NCBI RefSeq assembly: GCF_964204645.1
Contig: NC_134025.1
Coordinates: 24,284,299-24,348,298, forward strand
From: Tubulanus polymorphus
Lineage: Eukaryota; Animalia; Nemertea
DNA length: 64,000 nt
Reading direction: 5' to 3'
Part shown: piece after piece, positions 40,401-55,400 of the stretch
How the letters are laid out: each line of letters opens with the position of its first letter
Position numbering within the stretch: position 1 is the stretch's first letter
Program-made: the position numbers and the translations under genes
Notes under the pieces: model-generated
The model's database searches: none
The model's input: only the letters and a program-made list of their open reading frames with translations
What the model was told of the DNA's origin: nothing

Positions 40401-43400
40401 ACCACAGTGGAAGATAACTACACAACATGGGCAGTGTCACTTCAATAACATGCGGAGCTTCGTTGTATTTTCCACCGGATTCAGCTAATTCTTCGATTTC
40501 AGCTACAATCCTAGACAACGTCGGGACATTCTCAGCCAATTCAGCAAATACCTCTACAAAATGAGATAAAAGAGTCATATTTCTAACATATATGATCCAC
40601 AGATATGACTTTTCAGTTGGATCATTAAGGCGCATTAATTCAGTTAAATATAATTTTTGTATACCTCTTGCTTCCAATGAGAAGTCCTCAATTTTTCCTT
40701 CGATACCATACACGATGGAGTTTCTGTTAAATTGGTTTAGTTCTGGCTCGAGGAATGCTACTGGGAATGTACTGGCAAATGATGCGACGCATTCACCAAG
40801 GATCGGTCGATGTCTACAAAAAAGTTTGTATGAATTTTCATGAGTTTTCTTAGATCATATTGGTACACGTGTATTCACTGCATAACGAACCATTAATCAC
40901 ACATTCACAGTACCGGTATAGGTAAAGTGTTTCTTTCACATTTGCCATTAGTTCCAAGAAGTAAGGAGAATTCAAGAACAAAATGGTAAATTTCATCCGT
41001 AGATAAATTTAACAGATGAGACATACAAGAATTTTTGTCAGTAAGCTATTCTTTTCCATGCTGAATAATGAATCATTGTTAATAAATGAATTTCTATGAA
41101 TAATAAATTTTTATGATTATCATCATTCTCTGATAGACAGAGTGCAGCATCATTCATATCAAATAATTGGGCTATAAGGGTCTTGTGGAAGGGACAAATC
41201 TCAATATTCAACACCATGCCATGCTCATTCACCTGTCTAATTCGGCATGAATTGCATCCCTGAAAATCGACACGTTGAAGTCATGATTAAATAATGAAAT
41301 CATGAAAATTGACACATTGTAGTCACGAATAAACATTGAAATCATAAATAATCAATCATGAATAAGAATTGAAAAAGTCTTAAACAAAGCATTGAATTTT
41401 AGGGAAAATACATATGAATTGTGCGATTGATACAGTACCTGGTAACATAAACTGCTCCACTAGTTCCTAGTGTGTAAAGTGCATTGAGGATTCTGTAGCA
41501 GCACAGCTGGATGTCTTCAACTATCATCAAATTCAGATAAAATATAAGTGATTTATGGATTGAGTAAAGAGATTGAAGTTATTTGTACTTTGTAATTTGT
41601 AATTTTTTTCCTACCAAGAAAACTAAGCGGGTATATACAGATTTCGATTTATGAAATTTCCAGTTACCTAATAGGTCGATTCCATAGTCATTTCTACCCA
41701 GGTGATCAAACAGTGAACACAGGACAGGAAGAAGCACCATATGTACATAATTCATACTAGTAGCACCTCGTGCGATTGTGCCTTTCACATGACTGAATCG
41801 TCCCATCTTCAAATTATGAACAGTTTGAGTCAGGTCATCAGCGGCATTTGTAAAGAATGGAAGCAGGGACGCGCGAACAATCTCGGGACTGTTCTTTACT
41901 ACAGCTCTGTAAAACAGCAAATTACATCAGGTTCATTCATATTCAAATATTCATCCAGAAATACATCAATACGTCACAATACATCGTATTGTGCTAGTCC
42001 TACCTGGCATCAATGGCTTGTACCAATACTTGAAGACAGCGAACAGCTATGTTCACATCATGGCCAAAAGCAGTGACTTTCTGTCTGAGGAGCGCTGCTA
42101 GCTTACAGAACAAACTGCTTGTCATTTCTTTCTCTTTGACAGACGCTTGTCCACTCGAAGATGCGGGAACGTTTGGCATTGTAATGAAGTAGGCACGATG
42201 GGCTAAGAAATACTTTTCAACCAGAGGTAGTACAACCTACAATGAAGATTTAGAGTAAATTAGGTATATCTTGGTATAGCAAACAAAATATACAAAATAT
42301 GAAGAAAGTATAAGCAACGATTTTTTTTCATACTTTTCCAAAGAATTTCACGTCCTCTGTAGCAGTACAGTAACTATTGCGTCTACTGAATCTTGCGCTT
42401 GGTTTAGACATGTTTAGGTTGTACGAAGCCCGATCGAGATATTCTAGAAGTTTTTCGAGTAAGCTGTATGCAAATCTTTTCTCGGTTGAGGACACTCCGA
42501 CACCACTATCTGCCTCAGAGTCTTTGCTCTCACGGTAGGTCGCATCTCGCTTGCGTTCATCAATGATTGTAGTGCTAAAATGATGAATCAATTTTGTTCT
42601 TTGTCACATTGCAAATCATTTATAAAACAAGACAGATTGAAATCTAACTTCAATATTAACAGATTCACAAAATTTCCTGGTTTAAAGTTTCAATGCAGTA
42701 CCTTTGCATTCTATATCCTTGCATTTGTAAGAATTTCAACAACTCCTGACATAAATCTCGATTCTTTTTCTTCTCCATGTCCGTCACAATATCATAGGGT
42801 ACAAGCAAAGGATGCACACCCCCACCTAGAATACAAATGAACATTGCTGTATAGGTGTCTTTATATTTTGAACATTTCAAAAATAATGAAGGAATACATG
42901 ATTTTTTAATCTAAAAGGACCCTTCAATCATGATTTGATTGTCCCGAAATACAGCTGGACATGCAATGTGAGCAAGCATCCAATCCCTTTACCATAGATG
43001 CATGATATAGATGTAGTAATATTGGCTGAGACGGAACGAATTACAAATTCAACAAAGCAACATTAGCATCTATTTTTACGAGCATAAATTTTGTAATAGC
43101 AATGAACATTCACAGAAAGCCATTAAACCCATGATAATGAAAGTAGCAATAATCGTTCAGCAATAAATTTTTTGGTGAAGGTTCTTCTTGAGAATATGAT
43201 ATGAGATGACCAGCTCCATTATCTCAACTCCAATGAAGCCATAACTAGCAAAATATAAACACTTACTTTCAGGGGTAACTAGAATGGGATACACACAAAA
43301 TGTATAGAAAAAACATTAAAATCACATTCACAAAATATAGACAATTACTTGTACAGACACACGTAATTAACCAAAGTATTACAATCACTTGATGAAGGAA

Positions 43401-46400
43401 TAAGCTTGGATAGTTTTTGTTAACACTGTTATTATCAATTCAGCTTACCAATAGAATCAAGTTCAGCTCTTTTCTTTTTGGCCCAAACTTCATGAGCATT
43501 TTCAGCCAGTTTTTCAGACATTACCTACAGGAAAAAGAGTTAAATTTACATGTGGCAAAACAATGGGATTTCATTGGAACAGGGATATTTTAAATTGATA
43601 CTGAAAGATATATCAAAAGAAAATTCATCAAAGCCTACCAGCATTTCTCTACTCAGAGTAGTATTTCGCAAATCAACTGGTTGTGGACTGTATCCATGAG
43701 GTGAGTCAACCTAGAATAAATGGAAACTTTATCAAGTATGTGTAAAAGCAGAAAAAGTACATCTTTCCATGAGGAATAAAAAAGAATTGTGTATAAACAT
43801 GAACAGGGGTGAGATTGGTGTATGGTGGAATTTTCACATCTTTTATCATATCGTAATTTTAACATTTTCACATTTTTTCACTGTTTAACAGCTCAGACTT
43901 TTCACATCTTTCATACTAAAATTTCAAAATATCAATATTCTTTACATTGAATATGGTGAGAAACAACAGGAAACTGTAGCCTTGGCTTTTACAATGGAAA
44001 AACAGTGCCTAGTTGCTGCGATGACTAAAAGCAAAGGCATTGCAGTCTATAAGATTGACAGACTCAAGTTCAAAACAATAGGCCTAAATGAAGAAGAGCA
44101 CAAAATATACATGCATATGTGCTGCTTAAGGTAAAAGAGAAAGAATATTCTGCAGAAAAAAGTACCGGTACCTCAGAATTTTCAGCAAACAAAATTTTGT
44201 AAAATGTCATACATTTTTGTAAATTTCCCATTTTTTTGTTATTTTTCCCAGAAATTTCAACTTTCAAAATTTTTCCCAATTTTTTCAGTATATTTTTCGC
44301 ATCAATCTTACCCCTGCGTAAGGACAGTTACGATGAAAAATTTTTGAAATGAAGTAGATCATGCAAGTAATGTTGTTCAAATAACTAAACACGTCATAGC
44401 CTGCAATCCTGCCCTAGATATTATGCACAAATGGAATTTTTCATCTGGCCACACATTAAAGCAATCATCTCAACGAAGCTTATTTTCTATATACCTGCAG
44501 GTTTGAATTTGATTTACTTCGTCCCTGAAATATAAAATCATCAAAGTTTCACCTGACATGCACATAATAATCAATCACCTCCTACCTTTATATCTGTGAT
44601 AAGTGGAGGCGCATGCCAGGTACTTTACACATTTGATGATGTGCTGTCTGGTCTAGAGGTAAAGAATCTAAGACAGCTACATACGTGAAGTGCGATATCG
44701 AAATAGAATAAAATAATAACGGGGTATGTTAAATAAATACTAGACCCCATACAACTACCAGTACATAAAAAGATTTCATAAAAAATTTTTCAAAAAGGTT
44801 GAATAGTTACAATAAACGCTAGAGCCAAATAATATGTATATTAGCATTTTTTCAAAACTGTATAAGGCTAAAAAAGATACCTTGTTTCTAATGGCCGGTC
44901 AGTAAAAAATGAGGTCAAACCAATTGCTAAAAATTCAACAAAAAAAATTTGGCCATCTGGGTCCATTCCGTAAAAAATTATATACAGCTGGATGGGTGTA
45001 TAAATTTATTCATTAATGCTGTTTCTTTTTATGTCAGACATTTCTACGATGTCAGTGCTGTATCTGATTTCGTACACTAGTGTGACCGCTGGTTCTAACA
45101 ACACCTACTTGGTGGCACCACTAGCCAGTGCTTTTATATATGTATTCAATCGATAAATGAAGGAAACGTGGTAAAAAACTAGGGGTCCAGGTAAACCATT
45201 CCCACCCCTTGGTGAACAAATACAGAAACCAATGATCTTGAAACCCTCCGAGACATAGTGTGTCAGGAGCTACAAATTTGCATTTGACTTAGGTTAGAAA
45301 TTATGCATATGTACCAATTAATATGGAAACTATTTTTTCCAATTCCAAAGAGTCAGGTTGGTGGGTCAATTTTGGACTTCAGAGAAACAAGGTATCTTTT
45401 TAAGCCTAAAAGCAGCATTTCCTGCAATAGGCTACTAATAAGCCGCAATATGGGATCTGTATACCGTATTAAGAATAAGAAAAGAGTATAAACAGAATAC
45501 CCATAAAGATCATTTTAGCATCAAATACCACAATTAACCCTGTCACGCATGCCTAGTCAACTTATCAAATACATTCAGAGTGCACAAGATCATGTTTATT
45601 TTCAAAATCCTTCATCGAAATCAAAGGAAATAAAAATCTACTATGGAATAAGGTGTCTCACTAATATCGATTCCTAGAATTTTCCCATGTAATAAGTGAA
45701 TAGAACATCTACATGAGATTCAAATTGACTATAAAGCTAACATAATAAAAAGAATTTAAGGGGGTACTACTAATTAACAATGTTAAGTGAGATGCCTTGA
45801 AACTACCATGCTACTCTATAGACGATGTGCGCAATGTAATGATGTTTATACAAACATTAAATTTAGACTGGCTTTGGATAAGGTTCACGGTGGTCTGATG
45901 GAAATAAAAAGTGCAAGACTAGCCTTACATTTACCAGGGAAATGCGCGACGCTCGTCGTTTCAGCGCACGTGAGGAAGCTCGTGATTCGTCGAGCTCAAG
46001 TGTCCAGCCCCACGCTATCATTGCTTTAACTGTTTCTCTAATTGGCTCGACAGTTTTCTCTTGTTCCTGAAATTAATCATTCCAAAATATCAATTCGAAT
46101 GCCAAGAATTGCATCTTATGTTACTGGAAAGTGACTCGTAAGTACATTGTAGTTCAAGTTGTTTTCCAAAATACTCACCCCTTTAATTATATGAACAAAT
46201 GGTTTGAGATTTGGATGCTCCTTCAAATCATCATCATAGCGCTGTCCATACACCCAAGAGTCATCAATCTATCAAAAAAATATCAAGAAATCTTGAAATA
46301 TTTTAATAAACAAGTGCATGTACTTATACATGTTTTTTTAAGTTACGTAGGTTCATAACAAAGTGATCGTAGAAGTCACAAGTTCGGTCTTATACCTTTT

Positions 46401-49400
46401 TGACAGCCCATGAATCATGCCAGTGTTCAGCAAACTGGTTCACAACTGACTCCAATTGCGGATTTAAAACAACTCTAAATGAATGAGAATGAATACAGCC
46501 ATCAAATAAACTAACAGCAGGCTACTTCAATTTCAAATTTCAGATAAGTAGCGTTTTACACTGATAGACTACAAAGACGTACCGGCTAGTGTCAATTGGG
46601 TTTGGATTGTAGACACCTTCATTTTCTGCAGCGGACTGTTTCAGCCAGCTATCATCCTGGTTCGACAATGAGTAATCAGGAGATAGGGCACAACCAATGG
46701 CTGATAAGCAGGGCAGGGCTTTTGAGAAGAGTTCTGGATCATATGCCTGAAATTAAGATACAACTTTTACATTCACAGAAAATACGTAATACATAATATT
46801 CACCAGAATATAAGGAGCATTTAAGTAATTATATGCGAAATTATGACTTTCTACTCACTCGTTGAGCAAGTGAATCGAATATAGCACTGAACAACATCAT
46901 TGTCAGACGTTTCTCCTCTTCTGTAGCTTGACCCATGCTGCCACCACTGCCGTAGTAATTACTGCATCTTTCATAGTGATGAGTTAAAACCTTTGAAATA
47001 TTAGAAATGAAACATTGAAATCAAATCGAACAGCTTAATGAAGTGAAAAAATCTTTGCTTGGAATTCTATTGTCATGATAAGCAATATTCCTTGAAAGTC
47101 AAGAAAGTTTGGCATGAAATTCTATTTTCACTCACTCGGAGAGGCACTATAGTGTTTTCATTCAAAGCAGGAACATCACAGGTCAGTTTTCGCAACAGCT
47201 TCGTCATCAAAGGTGGGCGTAAATGACTGAAAAGAAGAACACACTCTTTAAGGGTGTCTACATAGAATCACAGCTACTCAGGATCATGTCAGTCCGGATC
47301 AGAAGTTGAACATAACTTTTAAGTCCAGTACATTGATTTACCTTGTTAAAGCTACCAAGAAATCCGAGGATTCTTCACGTTGACCTTTGGTAAGTGATCG
47401 GCACTTGGACAGTCTATAGGCAGTGTGTAGCAGAGTTTCTAGCAGATTAGACGCATGATCCGCGTCGTTGAAAAAGTGAGCATGCTTCGTTAACAGCGGT
47501 AACACGTTGTTGCATAGGTACCGATTCAATGCCAGTGCCATGTCACTCTCAGAAGCTGCAGCCTATAATCAAGAAAATATACTACGATATAGTAATTGCG
47601 GATTAAAAAGAAGGCATTTCCATTTGCTCGTTATATCAGAACTTTATCAAAGCTTATTTTGAAGCTGTAAATCTAAAACCATTCAAACTTTCACTCCTCT
47701 AATACACATTAATGTTGTCATAACTCAAAGTGTTTTTCATCCCCAGAAACTTAAGTAAATCAAAGGTTAATTCACAGAAAAACAAAAACTGTCAGAAATT
47801 TTTGCTTTGAACCATTTTTCAAATGTTAATCACGAAAACAGAGGAAAACTGGTAAAAATTTGTTATAAAGCAATTCGAATGATGATGACATAAATGCAGT
47901 AATGTTGCTTGAAAGTTTAGGGAGGGGCATAAAAGGTTTTGATTCTATTCATAATCGTATCAAAATCTCATCTTTTCATTAATGTGATATTACAAAGATA
48001 CAACAAAAAATTACTAACTAAAAACATTTGAATTAGCACTAATTCTATTGATAGCGGAAAAGAATTAATTAACAAAACAAAAGCCAACTCCATGAGGGAA
48101 ATGAAATGTTTTAACAAATCTCGTATATCGACTGTGCCCTATTTCATGAAATAGAATAGAAACCAAATAGGGTCACTCGATGGTTATACTTGTACCTGCT
48201 GTTCTATTCTCCTCTGCAAAAAAAATCAATCGAAATAATCCACCAACGTTTTGAAGTTACTACAGAAAATGAGGCCACAAATCGAGTTGCACCAAAGGAT
48301 TTAGATTTCCTTGCAAAAATGTATCACACAATCTTTTCTAAACTATCTTCAATATCATTCAATTCATATGATAATCATTTTGAGCACACGTTAGTCAAGC
48401 TAAGCCCCAATCACAAATCTTTCACTGACTACAGAAGCTACGTATATACAAAATCATGACTTCAGTAATCAAAATAAGCAAATTTTTCGTCACAAAAATT
48501 GCTACACTTGTTTTATTTCTCATCGTGAAAATAGCTGGCAGATACTGCCTGTTTGGACTTACATCGTCAAGAGTCACTGCTGCTCTCAAATCCGGCAAGA
48601 ATCCTTCTTCGAGGAGACGGAAAAATGTTGCTTGATCGTCGATGCCATAAACTCGTTCCAAGAACATAACAATCGACGCTTTATGGATCGGGTTTAATCC
48701 AGGGGGTAACCCCGCTGTATCTTTCACTTCCATTTCTCCCTGTTCGTTGTAGGTTGTTTCCGGTTCGGCAACCGGGAGAATGAACTGCAACGCTAACACT
48801 CCCTCTAGATCTTCCATTGATACGAGTGAGCGTAGAATTGCTCGAGCACGGACTAAATCACTACGTCCCGTTTTTAGAGCTTCGGCCTCCGGAGCGCATC
48901 GGCCGAGCAGATCTACTAGCACCGAGTAGAAAGTCAATATAGCACCACCCATATCTACGTAGTCTTCATCATCATCTGGCGGAAGGCAGGAGAAATCATA
49001 TTTCCTGCAAAGATTTTGGGATTCATGAAAATCAATATCACCATAGACAATCAGTTGGTCCAAAGAATGAAAGAACTGGATTAAATTTTACCTTTGGTTC
49101 AAATATTGACCTCCTGAATCATCATCTATATTCACAGCGATCAAAAATCGAGGATCGGAGCTTCCTTTGGCGGCGGCAATTTGTTCAGACATGCGAATAC
49201 CGTCTTTGACAGCTTTCAACAATCCACCACCTTCTCCTCTAAGTGCAGGGCCGAGGCATTCTGGTCGACGAATCAACAAACGCACGACTAAGTTGGCATT
49301 TTCTTCAACACTTTCACCTAAAACCAGTAGAAGAAACTTATTCAGGTCATATGAAATATTTGGTAATGTTCGTAATTTTACCAAGGGTCACCCAAACTTA

Positions 49401-52400
49401 CCGTTCACCCAAACACAGAATCTGAAGAAATCAAGGAAGCGCTCTCCTTCAACTGGATCCCAGCCGATGTCTGGATAGCCGAGCGCCATCAGTTCGGCAT
49501 TAGTTTGTAAACCACACCTGGACAGATAGATGGCAATTCGTTCCAAATGAACTTCTCTCAGCGCTAGAGCAAGTTCATTGTTGTCCATCAGCGATGAATA
49601 GGCAACGTCTAACGGACAAGAACCACGCAGTGATGGACGGGCTGAAAATTAACCACAGATCTTTTTGTCCATTTCTGATACACAATAAGGTTTATGACAT
49701 TCATGAATGTCTTAAGTTGCAACAATCACAATTCTTCACTCTTCTAAATTAATTTCCAATAAATTTCGCAAATAAATTTCATGAACTATACCTAAAAGCA
49801 TGCTACTGTTTTCAAGTAGATAGCTCAGATGGTCAAACATTGCTTTCTGGTTCATTCGACCAGTACGACAGAAATAACAGAGGAAACGACAACACATGAC
49901 GACCATATCTGCAGAGTTATCCTGAAATTGTGCAAAGTCAGTAAATATAGAATGATGAGATTCATTTTACTTCATAACTTCGTACAGCAAAAAAACTAAC
50001 AGTAATGACAACACAGTAATGATGAATTCCAACTACTTCTGATCATAATGAATATCAACTGGGATTAATTTTACTTCCCCATGCACCTTTTCATTCTAAC
50101 AATCCTGGATTTGAATGTAATTTCCAAATGAAAGCATACCTTGACCTCTTCCTCGAGTTGTTCTGGATCAGATGTTGGTGTCTCAACAACTGCCTGTGAC
50201 TGTTGCTGCTGATGTTGGGTTTTACTCAATGTGTTCACCATCAATTGCATGACAGTTTCATGCACACTCAGTACTCGCATCAGATCAGGATGCTGGAAGA
50301 AGATCTTGTTATCCATGGAGTCCCTTCAGAAAATAAAGTATCAAAACGTAGAAAAATTTCTAAATCTACCCCTGTATGTAAGAAGTTTTATAAGGATTCA
50401 ATCATTTATTCTAGTATCATTTTGGTTGCCTATACATATACTTTTGCTTCATCAATTTACCATAGACATGATTTCAGCAGTTCCTCTTCATCAGCATCAA
50501 CCTGAACGGACAACAATCCTCGGATAGTTCCTAATGAAACTAGCAGACTATTCACATCACCTGCGCTCATACCATTGATAACATACGATTTGTTCAAGCT
50601 TCGAAGAATCTGAAACATGAATGAACATTCAACTGTTACTGACAAAGAAATGACTAAAGCACTCACATGATGTTATTCATCGATTCAACTCATTATGGCA
50701 AAATGTTGAAATATCTCTTCTGTGAGCACACTTTTTCCTTGTTGGTCTATTGCAAGTGATGTGCTTACCTCTCCGAGTCCATCGAATTGTCTGTGCAATA
50801 AGCTGAACATTTCTCTGATAAGTTTCTGACTCTCGATGAATTCAGATTCAGCCCACTTGACAACTGTGTCACAAATCAGTTTTCTCAACACAACTGGAAA
50901 TGAGTAAATAATTCTTCAAGGAAAGCTATTCAATTGGCTTAATTAATCAAAAAGTCAAGATAGAGGGCTAAAAATGTACCTGGTTCCCCTGCATCCTTTT
51001 CATCGGTGACAATAGTAGCTTCCTGAGCTCGGTGGAATTTCACAAGATCGAATAGTCTCTCCGATATTGTTGGACTGGGGAGCTGCTCTTCAGTTTTTGA
51101 TGCTGTCTCATCTTCTGGTTTTGGAATTGAAGTTGCTTCCAACAAACCCGAATGAAACATATTCATGACCTCTCGAAGGTCATCCCGACAAGGACACAAA
51201 GACGCTTCTTCATCTTTGAAAGCCAGCAATGAACGCATCTGAAAAATTGATTATTCTGGTTTATGAGCTTGGGTTTATTTCCTCTTAAAGCTTTCTACAA
51301 ACTCAATAAACTTTTGAAAACAATAAATCTAAAATGCTAGCTGTACCTGTTCAGCTGGTGGACACCTGAACTCTCTGGTGCGTTTTGCGGCAACAGCAGG
51401 TGCTAGATCTGCCTGTTTTACTTCAATATAACGCCTCAGTTGGTCCTGTAAACAACGAAATTCTCAACTCAATCCATATCAATAGAAGCTAGCAAGAGGC
51501 TTTTATAAATCAATTCTGAATCTGACTTACGTTTTGACATTCCATAACAAACTCATCAGCAAAATTGTTCAGTTGCTCGATGTAGAATCGCAGCTGTATA
51601 TCACACAAATGGTGAAGTATTTGGCACAACTAAATTGTATTTAAAGGAAAAATCATCACTTCAACCATCAGTTTATATACAGTAGTACATTTCAATAAGA
51701 TCAGAAAATTTATGTTTGAGTAAATTCATGCTCCTTCACAACAGTAACTTTTCTGCAACAAACCTGAACTTTCACTGGTTCTGCCAGGTACATGTGCATC
51801 AGGCCTTTGTGCTCTGTATATAAATAGAGTATAAAATGTATTAGAGTACAGATGTTCCAGTAAATACACAATTTTATAGGATTACGAAAAAAGGTTTACC
51901 AGAATCTATCTTGCCAACTGACTCGATACTGATCAGTGATAGTAACTGTCTAATATCGTCATCACTCAATACACCCATCACTAGCAGGTTGTCGACAACT
52001 TTCAATATTGGTCTGCAAATATTGAAATACTCATTTAATATACTGTTTTAACACAAAAATTGCAAATGTGACTCTTTAAGAATTACTTACACAAATAGAT
52101 TTTCATTTGAACCACCGATCGGATCTCTGATATGGGCAGCACCTTTCACAACAGCTTCGTTGAGATGTTGCATGACCTGTTTTTTGAGTCTTTGAATCGG
52201 GAATGACGGACTTGTTTTCTCATTGATTGCATCATCTTGTCTAGAATGATCAAAATAAAGGTTGTGTTATTAGTCTTCATTAGAGCAGTTTTTGTGAATG
52301 TTATTGTCCTGCATGTATGTTAGTATTCATATCTTTATTATTTGTGCGTCTGATACAACAAGCAGCGGTTTAAGAATCGCTAAATCTACTTACTTCAGTG

Positions 52401-55400
52401 TATCTTCGTCTTTTATCATCAGCATAGGACGAATAGATGTGAACTCACTCGAAGTGGGCAAAGCATTTTCACCTTTAAACATAACGTTTTCCCGCGCGTA
52501 TTTGAACATATTCCCGTTCTTTTTCTCGTTAGTGATCGGAATTATGAATTCGTATTGAGTCATCATCCGCGTTTGAGCAAAACCGATGAGATGCATGGCC
52601 GTCATTAAATCATGGAAACCCATCCTCAAAGGACCAGACAAATCTAAATACAAAAGTAAATCCTTCGAATTGAAATACAGGTATACCCCTTTTTTTAATT
52701 TACAAGATTAAAGTTCAAAACTAAATAGACTGGGTACGCAATAGACAGGTGTACTTACATTCTGAGTTTACGCAGTACATGAATTGTTTTGAATCTACAT
52801 GTTTCGTCAGAACATGTGCCACTCGATGGTTACCGTGAGAACAAACATGATGGTAGAGTTCCAGAGTTTTCGCATGGAAACTGAGAAAAAGAGATCCATT
52901 ATTTTGATGCAGCAACACAAGAAATTTACAGTTACTAGGTATGGAAACTTACTTCAGCAGCTCTTTGTGTTCAATAAGTTCAAGAACGTCTAAACACCGA
53001 TCTTCTTCAGGAATGTGGATAGCTAGCATCGATACTGAAAGAGACAAACGACTTAAATATGAATAAACAGGCAAAAGAGAATAATCTAATATCACCAGTT
53101 AAAAAATCTCCGGCGCAAGAAAGATGTTAGGCATTGGAAACTGGTTAATTCTAACAAGCATACCCGGGTCTTCAGCCAACATACTCCATCCACGAATCTC
53201 TGACATTTTCAGTGAATGCACAATTAAAGATTTAGTTGGTACACGTGACCACTGAGCTGGTTTCATGATCTGAATATCAAGTCTGGGAGGACACTGCGGA
53301 GTGATGTGTTTCCCTCCACGGAACAAACAAGCCGACAAAGGTAATGCGTTCTGAAATGATAGCAAATATTTGATAATTTTTTGCTATATACTTATCAAAA
53401 TATGTTTCTTTATAACTGACCATCTATATACCTTTGTTCGTCCAAGTTCAAACTGTAACATTTCTTTACTGGTTGGTTCGCAGAAAACAGCAGGGTATAA
53501 GCAAGTTCCAGGATCAACCTACAATGAAAAATGATTCAAGTAGTGTAATTCATGAGCATTGTTAAACTCAAAGCAGTTTAGCCGATGAAAGCTCTCACCA
53601 TGAATTTATTTGCAACTTCGCGTCCGTTGAATGTAAATGAAAGCTGTCCATTTATAGTATCGACTAAGCAGCCAATAACAATGCCTGATGATGTACGTTT
53701 TGAGCTGGCATCTTCATGTTGTCCATATCGCTGTTGTAGAGTGCCCGCAGACACCATGTAACAATTCTTCTGGCTTACACTAAAATACCAATAGATAATG
53801 GTTCTAGTTTTGAATTGACGAGTTGCTTTCTTAGAATCTTTCAAAACGGTAAACTGACTTAAAGGAATAAGAATATAAGAAATTGAAATATTTATCATCC
53901 CAAAATGCAAATAATCTTCTTACCTATGTTTGACCTTGTAATCGGCATCAAGCTGACAGACGATCACATTTCGTACTCTCTTCATATCGAATTCATCGCA
54001 ATACGTTTGGAAAGTGGATGTCACCCAGCCGATGTGCAAGTGATTCGGGTCTTGTCCGGGGAATATACGAACGGCGTAGTAATATGTGTCAATTTGGTCA
54101 ATCATAGCTTGCATCTCGGTGACATCCATGTCTTCTTCGCCGTATTCATCAATGCTCATGCTGTATGCGCTAGGGCTCTGGAGCAGTCCTCGTTTGGAGT
54201 TTGATTGGAAGTCGGCTGGTATACCAGTACTGCTCAGTCGATCAGCCTCAGATCCGGTTGGCAATGTCATCGATTTCTTGTCAGTTTTAGATCGCTTTCC
54301 TTTGACCGACGATACAGGGGACGATTCCCTTGACCTAAATATTCATGTTACATTGAGCACAAAGTACGAACAATTCATCTGATCACTACGCACAGGAAAT
54401 GATAACAAAAACATAGTCCACAAAAACACCTTGTATATATAATCAAGGACGGCCGGATACATCGGATTAAAAACCATAACCACATTCACTGCCCTGTAGT
54501 TATTGATTATATAACGAATAGATAAACAAAGTGATTCGATAATGAAAAATGGTACATTGACTTTCCAGTATACTGCACATGATTTATACGGTACATGTAG
54601 CGATGTTCCAACTAGGGATTTAGATGCTCGGAGACTCGAGGAGACACTGAAAATCTTGAAATACAACGAAAAGGGGCCTCCATGGAAATTTAGGATGATG
54701 GAAAATTTTGTGTTCGCATGAAACTTGTGCATCTTAGATGTTAGATCATCGGTCTGTGTGATGAAATCTATACATAACAACAGTGTATGTGCTGCCATGC
54801 AGCAACCAATTTTGAAAAAAAAACAACTTGAAATTGTGCAATCAAATCGGGATTCAATCACAGTGCTTGTGGTAAGGGGATAAATCAGAAATGGTTGCAT
54901 CAATCATGATATCAAAGATGCACTTATGAATTAATGGTAAAAATGTATATACCCAAACCAACGTTGTATGCTCCAAAAGGATAGTTGTCACACAGTTTTA
55001 GTTAGAAAAATATTTTACATTGTATCAAGAAATATACTCATCAAACCTCAGAATGATTAGGAATGATTACAGATAATTTCATAAAAAGGGATCATCTTTG
55101 TTCTTTTAGAACTATTCATCTTTACTCGAACAACTATATACCGTTATCCGTATAAGAAGTATAAACTAAACTTATCTTTATGATAGTGAAAAATCTGCCA
55201 ATGATAAATTCTGAGGTTTGAAGACTTCTGATACAGACTTATGCTAGATACTCATCTTTCATTAAAAACATCTGAATTTCATAGACCAAGCAATCAAAAG
55301 TTGAGGCAAATACCTCGAAAGATCTGGGCTCACAGGACCAAACCATTTTAGCATAAATCTGCACATATACACAGCACGCCGTTTATTCTTACCTCGGCTT

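Noticed and set aside
44312-44313. cag|GG|gtaaga two-base unit in the phosphorylation-loop intron
   Set aside because: Frameshifting and no compensating exon found.
44586-44652. 67-nt AG..GT unit near the 30-nt cassette
   Set aside because: Not a multiple of 3 and creates a stop in the next exon.
54343-54903. 186-aa minus-strand ORF in RyR intron
   Set aside because: Composition is intron-like and it stops 9 nt before the next exon; only 54590-54646 is kept as a possible cassette exon.
55314-55328. 15-nt in-frame unit CCCAGATCTTTCGAG|GTATTT
   Set aside because: Acceptor is GAG with a poor pyrimidine tract; too weak to call.
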